Assembly (NCBI GenBank): GCA_028719205.1
Contig: JAQUKH010000002.1
Span: 96,828-160,827, forward strand
From: a bacterium
GTDB taxonomy: Bacteria > JACRDZ01 > JAQUKH01
Reading direction: 5' to 3'
DNA: 64,000 nt
Shown: one piece after another, positions 18,919-28,057 of the stretch
Layout: every line of letters begins with the position of its first letter
Numbering within the stretch: position 1 is the first letter of the stretch
Notes under the pieces: generated by a model
What the model was told of the DNA's origin: nothing
The model's input: the letters and a program-made list of their open reading frames with translations, nothing else
Databases searched by the model: none
Made by a program: the position numbers and the translations under genes

Positions 18919-19242
18919 ATGAGAAAAGGGATCATCCGTATATTTTTGGTTATGTCCTTATTTTTAGTGTTTTTTCCGTTTGGCTGCGCGACTGTCGGAC
19001 GCGACTTTGCTGTTTCTGAAGTAAATAAAATACAAACAGGCAAAACCACGCTAAGTGAAGTTCGTTCTATGTTCGGTTCTCCATGGCGGGTTGGGATAGA
19101 AAACGGTAAAAAAATATGGACATATGGGAAATATCATTACAGATTATTTGGTGAAACAAGCACTAAAGACCTCGTGATTGTTTTTGATGATAAAGGGACA
19201 GTTGAATCATACACATTTAACACAACTGAACATCAGGAATAG
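18919..19242 (+). CDS. Small lipoprotein, BamE/SmpA-OmlA-like
   Basis: Signal peptide with Cys (FPFGC), followed by an ~80-aa domain with GKTTLSEVRSMFGSP resembling the SmpA/OmlA fold. Confidence 0.45.
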   Translation: MRKGIIRIFLVMSLFLVFFPFGCATVGRDFAVSEVNKIQTGKTTLSEVRSMFGSPWRVGIENGKKIWTYGKYHYRLFGETSTKDLVIVFDDKGTVESYTFNTTEHQE

Positions 19243-19250
19243 GTGAAAAA

Positions 19251-20708
19251 ATGATAATGAAACGATATATTATTTGTTTTATATTAATTTTTTTCTTTTC
19301 AGTTCCATGTTTTGCGCAGACCTCAGATAGCACGCAAACGACGAGAAACGAATTAAAAATAAATAAAGCTGAATATGAAGACGTAATTACTTTATTTAAG
19401 AAGATGAAGGTTGAAAAGTTTGTTAAACCGGATGTGTGCGGCGGATGCCATGCTGAAATATATAAACAGTGGCAGGGTTCAATGCACAGCAAGGCATTTA
19501 TTGACCCGGTTTGGCGTGCCGCTACTAAATTATTTAATGGTGAAGCTAAGACATTAGGGCAAATACTTGAAATGAAAACATGCGTGAAATGCCATACTCC
19601 GCTTGGATTCCGTTCCAAACTTATTCAGTCCCCGGCAGATAATTATGATGAGCTGGAGGATATTCCCGCGCAGGGTATTTTCTGCAACTGGTGCCATAAT
19701 ATTAATGAGGCAATCCAGATCGGAGACGCGGGATATGAGGTAAAATCAGGTGAAGGAGAAGAATACGCGTCGACCATGATAGGCCCGCGCGAAGACGCGA
19801 GATGGAATGATTCAACTAAACTCAAACAATCTGATTTCCATCCGTCGGAATATTCAAAATTTTATACTAAATCCGAGTTTTGCGGCTTATGCCACAATGT
19901 GTCCCATATTGAGAACAAACTTCCGATCGAGCAGACTTATAATGAGTGGAAAGATGGGCCGTACAATAATGGGGATGATACGACGACTGTTCATTGTCAG
20001 GATTGCCATATGAGGCAGAAATCAGGGATCCCTTCCACGGGAAATACTGATAAGCCGGATAATCCCGGGCGGGCGGCGGATCAAGGCCCGGACAGAGGCC
20101 ACGTATGGACTCATTATTTTGCCGGCGGGAATTCAATCGTGCCGAAACTGCTGGGGAGCGATATTCATTCATATTTAGCAATTGACAGGCTTACGCACTC
20201 GGCTTCATTGGAGATAATACCTGATGATTCCTATGTGAAAGGCGCTGTTTCAAAAATAAAAATTAAGGTTACAAATTCCGGCGCGGGGCATTATCTTCCT
20301 ACAGGTGTTACCGCGATAAGGCAGATGTGGCTTGATATTAAGATCACCGATAAAAACGGGGCAGAAATTTATAGATCAGGCGGAATGGATACAGAAGGAA
20401 ACCTTGAGAAAAATACGGTTTTATTTAATACAATACTTGGGGATAAGGACGGAAATCCTGTTATAAATGTGGCTCTCGCTGACAGGATACTTTATGATCA
20501 TAGAATTCTTCCCAAAGGTTATATGGTCGAAAATTACAGTTTTATTATACCCGAAAACGCGGTTTCTCCGCTTCAGATTGAAACCGTTTTAAAATACCGC
20601 AGTGTCGCGCCTTCGCTATTAAAAACACTTTTAGGCGGGAAAACATTAGGAGAGCCTGTTCCGGTAATTGATATGGCTATTTTATCGAAAAAAATAGATT
20701 TTGAATAA
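19251..20708 (+). CDS. Multihaem c-type cytochrome (5 CxxCH motifs), secreted
   Basis: Signal peptide. CGGCH, CVKCH, CNWCH, CGLCH and CQDCH haem-binding motifs. Confidence 0.8.
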   Translation: MIMKRYIICFILIFFFSVPCFAQTSDSTQTTRNELKINKAEYEDVITLFKKMKVEKFVKPDVCGGCHAEIYKQWQGSMHSKAFIDPVWRAATKLFNGEAKTLGQILEMKTCVKCHTPLGFRSKLIQSPADNYDELEDIPAQGIFCNWCHNINEAIQIGDAGYEVKSGEGEEYASTMIGPREDARWNDSTKLKQSDFHPSEYSKFYTKSEFCGLCHNVSHIENKLPIEQTYNEWKDGPYNNGDDTTTVHCQDCHMRQKSGIPSTGNTDKPDNPGRAADQGPDRGHVWTHYFAGGNSIVPKLLGSDIHSYLAIDRLTHSASLEIIPDDSYVKGAVSKIKIKVTNSGAGHYLPTGVTAIRQMWLDIKITDKNGAEIYRSGGMDTEGNLEKNTVLFNTILGDKDGNPVINVALADRILYDHRILPKGYMVENYSFIIPENAVSPLQIETVLKYRSVAPSLLKTLLGGKTLGEPVPVIDMAILSKKIDFE

Positions 20709-20735
20709 AACTTAAAAATAAAGGAGTTTATATTA

Positions 20736-21062
20736 ATGGAAACAATTGATATCAATCATTTTATGAAAGTAAAATTAAAAACCGGTGAGATACTGGAAGC
20801 CGCGGCTCATCCTGACGCGGATAAATTATATGTTTTGAAGGTAAATCTTGGAGACAGGATCGTCCAGATAGTCGCGGGTATCAGATTGTCTTATAAACCG
20901 GAAGAATTGATCGGGAAAAAAGTTGTTGTTGTCGAAAATCTTGAACCCAAGCCTTTGAGGGGAGTCCTTTCAGAAGGAATGATCCTTGCTGCTTCATCTC
21001 CGAACGGCCCTGTCATTGTAAGCCCTGAAAAAGTTGTTGAAAATGGAGCCACAGTAAAATAA
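20736..21062 (+). CDS. tRNA-binding protein (Trbp111/CsaA-like OB-fold, MetRS C-terminal-domain-like)
   Basis: 108 aa. FxKVxLKxGxIxxAxxHPDADKLYVLKVNLG...VVVxNLxPxxLRGVxSEGMIL pattern. RBS AAAGGAG. Confidence 0.7.
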   Translation: METIDINHFMKVKLKTGEILEAAAHPDADKLYVLKVNLGDRIVQIVAGIRLSYKPEELIGKKVVVVENLEPKPLRGVLSEGMILAASSPNGPVIVSPEKVVENGATVK

Positions 21063-21114
21063 ATCCATCCTTAAATAAAAACTAATAAAAAATTAAAAAA
21101 AACCGAAAAAATAC

Positions 21115-21142
21115 TTGACAAATATAATAAATATTATATAAT
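21115..21142 (+). promoter_or_regulatory. Near-consensus sigma70 promoter for the polyamine-operon regulator
   Basis: TTGACA (21115-21120), 16-bp spacer, TATAAT (21137-21142). Confidence 0.55.
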
Positions 21143-21149
21143 ATTTCCT

Positions 21150-21169
21150 AAGTTTAGTTTACTAAACTT
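21150..21169. promoter_or_regulatory. Putative operator: 9-bp inverted repeat AAGTTTAGT-tt-ACTAAACTT immediately downstream of the -10
   Basis: Perfect palindrome overlapping the predicted transcription start; the typical position for autoregulation by the adjacent HTH regulator. Confidence 0.4.
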
Positions 21170-21200
21170 TTTGTTTTGTATAACAGACCTTGGGAATTTG

Positions 21201-21737
21201 ATGAAAATCGGGAAAAGAATTAAAGAATTGCGGCAGGCAAGCGGTTTAACACAGGAAGAGCTGGCCTTAAGGTCGAATTTAACAAAAGGGTTTATTTCTC
21301 AGGTTGAGCATGATTTGACTTCTTTGTCGGTTGACAGTTTAGTCCAGATCCTGGCGGCGTTAGATGAATCGCCCGCTGATTTTTTTCGTGAAGCGCTTCA
21401 GGAAAAGGTTGTTTTTGGGAAAGATGACAGGGTAAAGGTTGAAAAGCGCGGGGTGAAAAGATTCGAACTTTTGGTTCCGGCGGCCCAGAACAGGGAAATG
21501 GAGCCGGCCATAGTTATTTTATCCCAGGGTGAAAAAACGCCACGTGAGGATTCTCATGAAGGCGAGGAGTTCGGATATGTGGTTGAAGGAAAGATCGCGA
21601 TCCGTTTAGGCGCTAAGTTTTTTTACGCTAAAGAAGAAGATTGTTTTTATTTTACAGCTAATACCGTCCATTATTTGCAAAATGCCGGACGAAAGACAGC
21701 TGTTGTTGTATGGGTTTCATCGCCCCCTATGTTTTAA
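21201..21737 (+). CDS. XRE-family HTH plus cupin transcriptional regulator (PuuR-like)
   Basis: N-terminal HTH (IGKRIKELRQASGLTQEELALRSNLTKGFISQVE) and C-terminal cupin barrel. It sits directly upstream of the polyamine biosynthesis genes, as PuuR-type regulators do. Confidence 0.7.
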   Translation: MKIGKRIKELRQASGLTQEELALRSNLTKGFISQVEHDLTSLSVDSLVQILAALDESPADFFREALQEKVVFGKDDRVKVEKRGVKRFELLVPAAQNREMEPAIVILSQGEKTPREDSHEGEEFGYVVEGKIAIRLGAKFFYAKEEDCFYFTANTVHYLQNAGRKTAVVVWVSSPPMF

Positions 21738-21789
21738 ATGGCGGTGTAAATAGCCGGCGGTATAAACCGGTTAGAAGGAGGATGAAAAA

Positions 21790-22215
21790 TTGAAAGCATT
21801 AGGACGTCATATTTTGGTAGAATACTTTGGGTGTGACCGTAAAGTCTTAAATAATTTGGATTCGATCAAAAGATTTATGGATGAGGCCGCGATTCGAAGT
21901 GGGGCTACTATTGTTGACAATGTTTTTCATCTTTTCAATCCGCATGGAGTCAGTGGAGTTGTGGTTATTGCTGAATCGCATCTTGCGATCCATACATGGC
22001 CGGAGTATGGTTACGCGGCTGTTGACCTGTTTACCTGCGGGGAGACTGTTGACCCGTGGAAGGCATTTGAATTTTTAAAAGAAAAATTGGGTTCAAATCA
22101 TTCTACTACAATGGAAATGAAACGCGGGCAGATAGAGGGAGTAAAGGTTCTGCGTCATAAACCGGAGATAGTGGTTGATGAACTGTCAGAACTGGAAGTT
22201 CCTGTGGAAGTTTAG
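21790..22215 (+). CDS. speH: S-adenosylmethionine decarboxylase proenzyme (small SpeH/class 1 type)
   Basis: [12 protein letters not shown], [31 protein letters not shown] start with GAAGGAGG upstream. Confidence 0.85.
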   Translation: MKALGRHILVEYFGCDRKVLNNLDSIKRFMDEAAIRSGATIVDNVFHLFNPHGVSGVVVIAESHLAIHTWPEYGYAAVDLFTCGETVDPWKAFEFLKEKLGSNHSTTMEMKRGQIEGVKVLRHKPEIVVDELSELEVPVEV

Positions 22216-22236
22216 GAAAATTTTGTAGATGGGAAA

Positions 22237-23199
22237 ATGCCTAATAAAAGTGAAAGATATATAGTAGAAAAGCTCAATCCGAATTTCGGATATTTTTATA
22301 AAGTTAGAAAAACTTTAATCTCGAAAAGAACAAAGTTCCAAAAGATAGAGCTTGTAGAAACGCCTGAGTTTGGGAATGTTTTATTGCTTGATAATGTTAC
22401 CCAGGTAGGCGAGAAGAATGAATTTTTATATCATGAACCAATGGTTCATCCTGCCTTGTGTTCTCATCCTAATCCTCAAAATATTTTAATTATCGGTGCC
22501 GGCGATGGAGGTATTTTAAGGGAAGTCCTAAAGCATAATACCGTTAAAAAAGTTATAATGGTAGAGCTTGACGGCGAGGTTGTGGAATTCTCTAAAAAAT
22601 ATCTAACGAACGTCAATAAAAATTGCTTTAAAGATAAAAGAGTAAAAGTTATTGTCGGCGACGGAAGATTTTACCTGGAAACCACAAAAGATAAATTTGA
22701 TGTAGTGATAATGGATATGACGGACCCATTCGGGCCATCAATAATGCTTTATACTAAAGAGTTTTTCCAACATGTGAAAAAGGCGTTCAAAGATAAAAGA
22801 GGCATTTTAACAATGCACACCGAGTCCCCTATTTCAAGGCCTCAAATATTTAATTCAATAATAAAAACCCTCGAAGGTGTGTTCAAAAATGTGAATATTT
22901 TTTATTTATATATTCAAATGTATGCTACACTATGGTCCATAGGCATATGTTCTGATACAGTAGATACATCAAAACTTAAACATGACAGGATCTCGGATAT
23001 ATTAAAAAAACGGAAAGTGGGTAAACTCTACGCGTATTCAGGTTTGATCCATGAATCGATGCAGGCGGAGTTTCCGTTCATAAGTGATATAAAAAAACAA
23101 AAAGCTCCTGTACTTACAGATAAAAAACACGAGTTTTCGGAAAAAATCGATTGTAATTTACATTCTCATTTTGGGATAGTTGAATTAAAAATAAAATGA
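22237..23199 (+). CDS. speE: Polyamine aminopropyltransferase (spermidine synthase)
   Basis: KIELVETPEFGNVLLLDNVTQ, IIGAGDGGILREV, MVELDGEVV, MDMTDPFGP. Confidence 0.85.
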   Translation: MPNKSERYIVEKLNPNFGYFYKVRKTLISKRTKFQKIELVETPEFGNVLLLDNVTQVGEKNEFLYHEPMVHPALCSHPNPQNILIIGAGDGGILREVLKHNTVKKVIMVELDGEVVEFSKKYLTNVNKNCFKDKRVKVIVGDGRFYLETTKDKFDVVIMDMTDPFGPSIMLYTKEFFQHVKKAFKDKRGILTMHTESPISRPQIFNSIIKTLEGVFKNVNIFYLYIQMYATLWSIGICSDTVDTSKLKHDRISDILKKRKVGKLYAYSGLIHESMQAEFPFISDIKKQKAPVLTDKKHEFSEKIDCNLHSHFGIVELKIK

Positions 23200-24296
23200 T
23201 TTCGTTTAAAAAAGCTAAAACTTATATTGAAAAATTCGGTTCTCCGCTTTTACTGCTTTCAAAAGACCAGGTTAAAGAAAATTACAGCGTTCTTAAAAAA
23301 TGCCTGCCTTCAGTTGATCTTTACTACGCGGTTAAATCAAATCCGAATATTGAGCTTTTAAGGGCGGTCAAGGAAGTTGACGGTTTTTTTGATCTGGCAT
23401 CCGCCGGTGAAATAAAGATCCTCAAAGAGCTTAATATCCCCGCGTCAAAATGTATTTACACACACCCGATAAAAAAGAGAGAAGATATTAAATACGCGCT
23501 TGATTACGGCGTGAAATTATTTATTATTGATAATGAATATGAGATCCCCAAGCTTATTGAGTTCAAAAAAGATCTGGATGTGCTGGTCAGGATCTCAATA
23601 TCAAATCCAGATTGTCCTGTGGATCTGTCACTGAAGTTTGGAGCTGAGCCGAAGGACGCGCTGGATCTGATTAAAAAGGCCCATAAAGAAGGGATTTCAG
23701 TCAAAGGTATCAGTTTTCATGTGGGTTCGCAGAATGTAAATGCTTACAAATATATCGAGGCGCTGGAATTTTGTAAGGATATATTTAAACTGGCCGCGCT
23801 TGAAGAAATATATTTTGATACTCTGGATATTGGCGGCGGTTTTCCCGTAAGCTATACTAAAAATATTATGCCTATTGATTATTCATGTTCCATAATAAAC
23901 AATTATCTGGAGAAAAATTTCCAAAATTGCCGTGTTATAGCGGAGCCTGGCAGGTTTATTTCCGCGACCAGTATGACGCTGATCGCGAGTGTTGTAGGAA
24001 AGTCGAAAAGGAAGGGTATTTACTGGTACTATCTTGATGACGGGCTTTATTCGACTTTTACCGGCAAGGTATTTGATGCCTGTGATTATAAGATCCTTAC
24101 TGAAAAGTCCGGTGAACCTAAAGCATGTGTAATCGCGGGGCCTACCTGCGATTCTTTTGATATTATATATAAAAATATATTGCTTCCGGAACTGGATATT
24201 GGTGATATACTGATATTTCCGAATATGGGCTCGTATACGAACGCAAGCGCGACTAATTTTAATTGTATTGAACCTACAAAGATAATAGTAGTATAA
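23196..24296 (+). CDS. PLP-dependent decarboxylase, Orn/Lys/Arg/DAP decarboxylase family (fold III)
   Basis: YAVKSNPN...LGTGFD-like block, HVGSQ, GGGFPV. The context suggests ornithine decarboxylase or carboxy(nor)spermidine decarboxylase. ATGA overlap with speE. Confidence 0.7.
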   Translation: MISFKKAKTYIEKFGSPLLLLSKDQVKENYSVLKKCLPSVDLYYAVKSNPNIELLRAVKEVDGFFDLASAGEIKILKELNIPASKCIYTHPIKKREDIKYALDYGVKLFIIDNEYEIPKLIEFKKDLDVLVRISISNPDCPVDLSLKFGAEPKDALDLIKKAHKEGISVKGISFHVGSQNVNAYKYIEALEFCKDIFKLAALEEIYFDTLDIGGGFPVSYTKNIMPIDYSCSIINNYLEKNFQNCRVIAEPGRFISATSMTLIASVVGKSKRKGIYWYYLDDGLYSTFTGKVFDACDYKILTEKSGEPKACVIAGPTCDSFDIIYKNILLPELDIGDILIFPNMGSYTNASATNFNCIEPTKIIVV

Positions 24297-24325
24297 TAAA
24301 AATATAAGTACAAGGAGGCTTGGAT

Positions 24326-25198
24326 ATGAAAGAGGAAATATTTCAATCTAATTCATGCCATTTTTGGATAACAGACGATAGATTTGATAAGATAAGGCTT
24401 GAGATAAAGGTTAAGGAAATATGTTTTAGCGGGAAAAGTCCTTTTCAGAAAATAGAGGTATTTAATACCTATGAATTCGGCAGGGTATTGGTTTTGGGCG
24501 GCGTTATAGTTCTCGCGGAAAAGGATGAATACATTTACCATGAAATGATCACGCATGTTCCCTTATTCAGCCATCCGAAACCTGAGAATGTTTTAGTGAT
24601 AGGAGGTGGAGACGGCGGTGTTGTCAGGGAAGTAATTAAACATAAGGATGTTAAGCAGGTAACTGTCATTGAAATTGATAAAATGGTAGTTGATATCAGC
24701 AAAAAGTATTTTTCCGACTTAAGCGCTGGATTAAACGATAAACGGATAAAAATTATTTATAATGACGGTTCTAAGTATATCAATGAGATCAAAGAAAAAT
24801 TTGATATAATTTTAGTTGATTCTTATGATCCTATAGGTACAATGCAGCATTTGACCGGTAAGGATTTTTTTGAAGACCTGTTCGACCATTTAACTGATGA
24901 CGGGATCATGGTAACTCCATCCCAATCCCCGATAACTAATTATAATCTTGTGAAAAAAACTTTTAAAAGCCTTTCAAATATTTTTCCAATAAGCAAATTA
25001 TATCTTTCCTATCTTCCGAGCAGCCCTTTTGGAATGATGAGTTTCATTATTTGCTCGAAAAAATATGATCCGGAAAAAGATATAACCGTAACTGGACTTG
25101 ATAATTTTGACGCGAAATATTATAATATTGATATTCATAAAGCATCTTTTTCTTTACCTACTTTTATTAAAGAAATGAAACAAAAAGGAGATAAATAA
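24326..25198 (+). CDS. Second polyamine aminopropyltransferase (spermidine-synthase family paralog)
   Basis: KIEVFNTYEFGRVLVLGGVIV, VIGGGDGGVVREV, IEIDKMVV, VDSYDPIG. Start at the ATG with AGGAGG 6 nt upstream. Confidence 0.8.
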   Translation: MKEEIFQSNSCHFWITDDRFDKIRLEIKVKEICFSGKSPFQKIEVFNTYEFGRVLVLGGVIVLAEKDEYIYHEMITHVPLFSHPKPENVLVIGGGDGGVVREVIKHKDVKQVTVIEIDKMVVDISKKYFSDLSAGLNDKRIKIIYNDGSKYINEIKEKFDIILVDSYDPIGTMQHLTGKDFFEDLFDHLTDDGIMVTPSQSPITNYNLVKKTFKSLSNIFPISKLYLSYLPSSPFGMMSFIICSKKYDPEKDITVTGLDNFDAKYYNIDIHKASFSLPTFIKEMKQKGDK

Positions 25199-25776
25199 TG
25201 GGCAAGAAAATATTAAATCCTTCGGCTTCTCTTTTGCCTTGTCCTATTGGCTTGATCACAACCCAGAGCATAGGCGGCAAACCAAATATAATTACATTAG
25301 CATGGATGGGTATGATCTCGTCTGATCCGCCAATGGTAAGTATTTCAGTAAGGAGTACAAGATTCAGCCATAAACTTTTAAAAGAAAACGGGGATTTTGT
25401 AATTAATATTCCGGACGCTAAGGATCTTGAAAGAATAGATTTTTGCGGGACGGTAAGTGGAAAGAATACTGATAAATTTAAAGAGGCAAATTTTACATTT
25501 GGAAAAGCAGAACAGGTAAAGGCTCCGATAATACTTGAATGCCCTGTTAATATTGAGTGCCGCACAAAAGATTTTCTGAGCTATGCGACTCACGACGCGT
25601 TTATAGCTGAAATTTTGACCATTCAGGTTGATGAAGAGATTGTAGAGAAAGAAGGCGGTAAATGGAATATAGAGAAAATTAATCCTCTTGTTTATTGTCC
25701 GCCAAGCCAGGAATATTGGACGCTTGGGAAAAAAGTCGGAAATTACGGATTTACCAAAGGGAAGATAAATAAGTGA
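25198..25776 (+). CDS. Flavin reductase-like FMN-binding protein
   Basis: Flavin reductase (split-barrel) family pattern. TAATG overlap with the upstream gene. Confidence 0.65.
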   Translation: MGKKILNPSASLLPCPIGLITTQSIGGKPNIITLAWMGMISSDPPMVSISVRSTRFSHKLLKENGDFVINIPDAKDLERIDFCGTVSGKNTDKFKEANFTFGKAEQVKAPIILECPVNIECRTKDFLSYATHDAFIAEILTIQVDEEIVEKEGGKWNIEKINPLVYCPPSQEYWTLGKKVGNYGFTKGKINK

Positions 25777-25912
25777 GGGGGCGTTAATTTCGACCCCTCG
25801 TCCTGAGGAACGAAGAAACGAAGGATCTCTAAAGAATAGAAAAACCAGATCCTTCATTCGCTAAAGCTCATTCAGGATGAGCCTCGAGGAATAAAAACTC
25901 CCCCGGGCTCAA

Positions 25913-26689
25913 TTATTTTAATGCTTTGGCTGCTAATAATGCCGCGCCCAATGCTCCCACTAGTTGCGGGTCAAAATCAAATTCAGCGAATTTTTGGCCC
26001 AATTCTTTTTCTAACGCTGTCCGCATTGCCTCGTTTTTAGCTACTCCGCCTGTAAAAGCAATGTAAGGTTTTATTTTCAGGCCTTTAGCAGAATTCACTA
26101 TTCGTTTTGCCATGGTCTGGATCAATCCCGCCACAATATCTTTTCTTTTGTATTTTTCGGAAAGCAGCGAAATAATTTCTGTTTCGGCAAATACTGTACA
26201 GGTAGAATTTATCGAGCACGGTGCCTTTGATCGGCAATAAAGCGCGGATAGATCGTGAAGTTTCAGTCCCAGCGCGTGGGCGGTAACCTCGAAAAATTTC
26301 CCCGTGCCCGCGGAACAGCGGTCATTCATATTAAAATCCAGAACAATCCCGTCATTATCTAATATTATTATTTTGCAATCCTGTCCGCCTATGTCGATTA
26401 TTGTCCGGATCTTGGGTAAAAGATGATACATTCCTTTTGCGTGGCATGTTATTTCCGTAACGGTTTTATCGGCAAAAGGCACGTTTACCCGGCCGTATCC
26501 GGTGGCAACGATATAATTGATATCTTTTTTCTTTAGAGAGGAAAGCTTGAAGAGCTTTTGGAGCACGAGCTTGCCGCGGTCTGTTTCTTTGAAAGCGGTA
26601 TGAAAAATAGTTTCAGCAACGATTTTACCGTCCCTTAAAATTATGCCCTTGCTTGTATTTGAACCGATATCAATTCCGATTGTGATCAT
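25913..26689 (-). CDS. BadF/BadG/BcrA/BcrD-type ATPase (CoA-substrate-specific enzyme activase, HgdC-like)
   Basis: ITIGIDIGSNTSKGII and DIGGQD motifs, with C-terminal cluster-binding Cys residues. Confidence 0.7.
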   Translation of the reverse strand: MITIGIDIGSNTSKGIILRDGKIVAETIFHTAFKETDRGKLVLQKLFKLSSLKKKDINYIVATGYGRVNVPFADKTVTEITCHAKGMYHLLPKIRTIIDIGGQDCKIIILDNDGIVLDFNMNDRCSAGTGKFFEVTAHALGLKLHDLSALYCRSKAPCSINSTCTVFAETEIISLLSEKYKRKDIVAGLIQTMAKRIVNSAKGLKIKPYIAFTGGVAKNEAMRTALEKELGQKFAEFDFDPQLVGALGAALLAAKALK

Positions 26690-26698
26690 AAAATTTTT

Positions 26699-28000
26699 TT
26701 AAAGTACCACCTTTAACATGTTCCTGCCGTTATTTTTAGACCAGTAAAGGCCTTCATCGGCTCTTTTTAGTAATTTGTTAATGGTATCATCATTTTTAAA
26801 TTGTGTTATTCCAAAAGAACAAGTGACGTTCTTATTAAAAGTAAAATTATATTTTTCGATTATCATTCTCAGCTTTTCAATGAATTGCCCCGCGGTTTCC
26901 CAACTGTGACCAGGCATTAAGATCAAAAATTCATCGCCGCCCAACCGGGCGAAAAAATCGGTTGAACGGATATTTTTATTAACAAGCCCGGCGATTTCCT
27001 GAAGCAAATTGTCACCCATATTATGCCCGTACTGGTCGTTAATATTTTTAAAATAATCGATATCAAAAATTATTATAGTTAAAGGGAGATTATACCGCTG
27101 CGCTCTTTTGATCTCTAATCCCAGTACCTCGTAAAGCCAGCGCCTGTTATGTACACCTGTCAGATCGTCTGTTGTTGCCTGAGTTTTAAGTAATTGATTC
27201 GCGTGTTTTAATTCTTTTTCAGTTTGTTTTAAGTCATTAAATAAAAGGCTGTATGGTTCTGTAATGCCGGTTTCAATAATAACTTTATATAACAGATAAA
27301 ATGCCAAAATTTCGGAAAAATGGCCCACCATATCGCAAAAATCCTGAATACTGATACAGAAGATAAAGGCTACTTCGGAAATGATCATAAATATCATAGA
27401 TAAAATCAATAATTTTAAAGTTTTTTTATCAAAATTATCACGATGTTTGAGAGTAAAAACAATAGCTAATAAAAAAATAAAAATGATAATATACTCACTT
27501 ATTATTTTAAATAAAGTCAGCCCATAGCCTTCGATGTAACAGGTTGGGAAGATATTCCAATAAAAAATGGATAATAGAATTAAAAAAAACACTGCAATAT
27601 AAGTCCCAATTATTATATTAAAATTTAAATTTCGTTTAAATAGTAATGGGGCGAAGCAGAAGGAAATACTTTGAATATATCTTGCGGATATCCAAAGCTG
27701 GATAAATAGGTTAGTGCCATGTCCCCTGAATATATTCATTTCCGGGAAAGCAAAGGCATGAAACAAGTCTAAAGTTCCGATAAAAAAGTATGCTGTGCCT
27801 ATAAATAAAATATATTTGTTTGCAATGGAATCACGCACATTCCACACAACCATAAAAGTGGAAAACGCGACGATAATGCTGAAAACTTCCGCGAAACTGT
27901 GGAAAAGAATGTAACTGTATAAACTTGTAAGGAATAATATTAAAAGAGCGGGGAAAAAAAACAAATCGGATAAAGGCAGGTTAAGGTTTTTCTTTTTCAT
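26699..28000 (-). CDS. Membrane-bound diguanylate cyclase (multi-TM sensor plus GGDEF)
   Basis: ~7 TM helices, then a GGDEF domain with an intact RLGGDEFLIL motif. Confidence 0.85.
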   Translation of the reverse strand: MKKKNLNLPLSDLFFFPALLILFLTSLYSYILFHSFAEVFSIIVAFSTFMVVWNVRDSIANKYILFIGTAYFFIGTLDLFHAFAFPEMNIFRGHGTNLFIQLWISARYIQSISFCFAPLLFKRNLNFNIIIGTYIAVFFLILLSIFYWNIFPTCYIEGYGLTLFKIISEYIIIFIFLLAIVFTLKHRDNFDKKTLKLLILSMIFMIISEVAFIFCISIQDFCDMVGHFSEILAFYLLYKVIIETGITEPYSLLFNDLKQTEKELKHANQLLKTQATTDDLTGVHNRRWLYEVLGLEIKRAQRYNLPLTIIIFDIDYFKNINDQYGHNMGDNLLQEIAGLVNKNIRSTDFFARLGGDEFLILMPGHSWETAGQFIEKLRMIIEKYNFTFNKNVTCSFGITQFKNDDTINKLLKRADEGLYWSKNNGRNMLKVVL

Positions 28001-28057
28001 AATTAGTTGTAAAATTATAAGTTTTTTAGAAATAGAAAAAGACCTATATGTTTAAGT

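Noticed and set aside
25777-25912. Inverted repeats (GAGGGG...CCCCTC, CCTCGAGG...) in the convergent gap between the flavin reductase and the activase
   Set aside because: Most likely ordinary bidirectional terminator structures. No T-runs are clearly defined, so I am not calling them individually.
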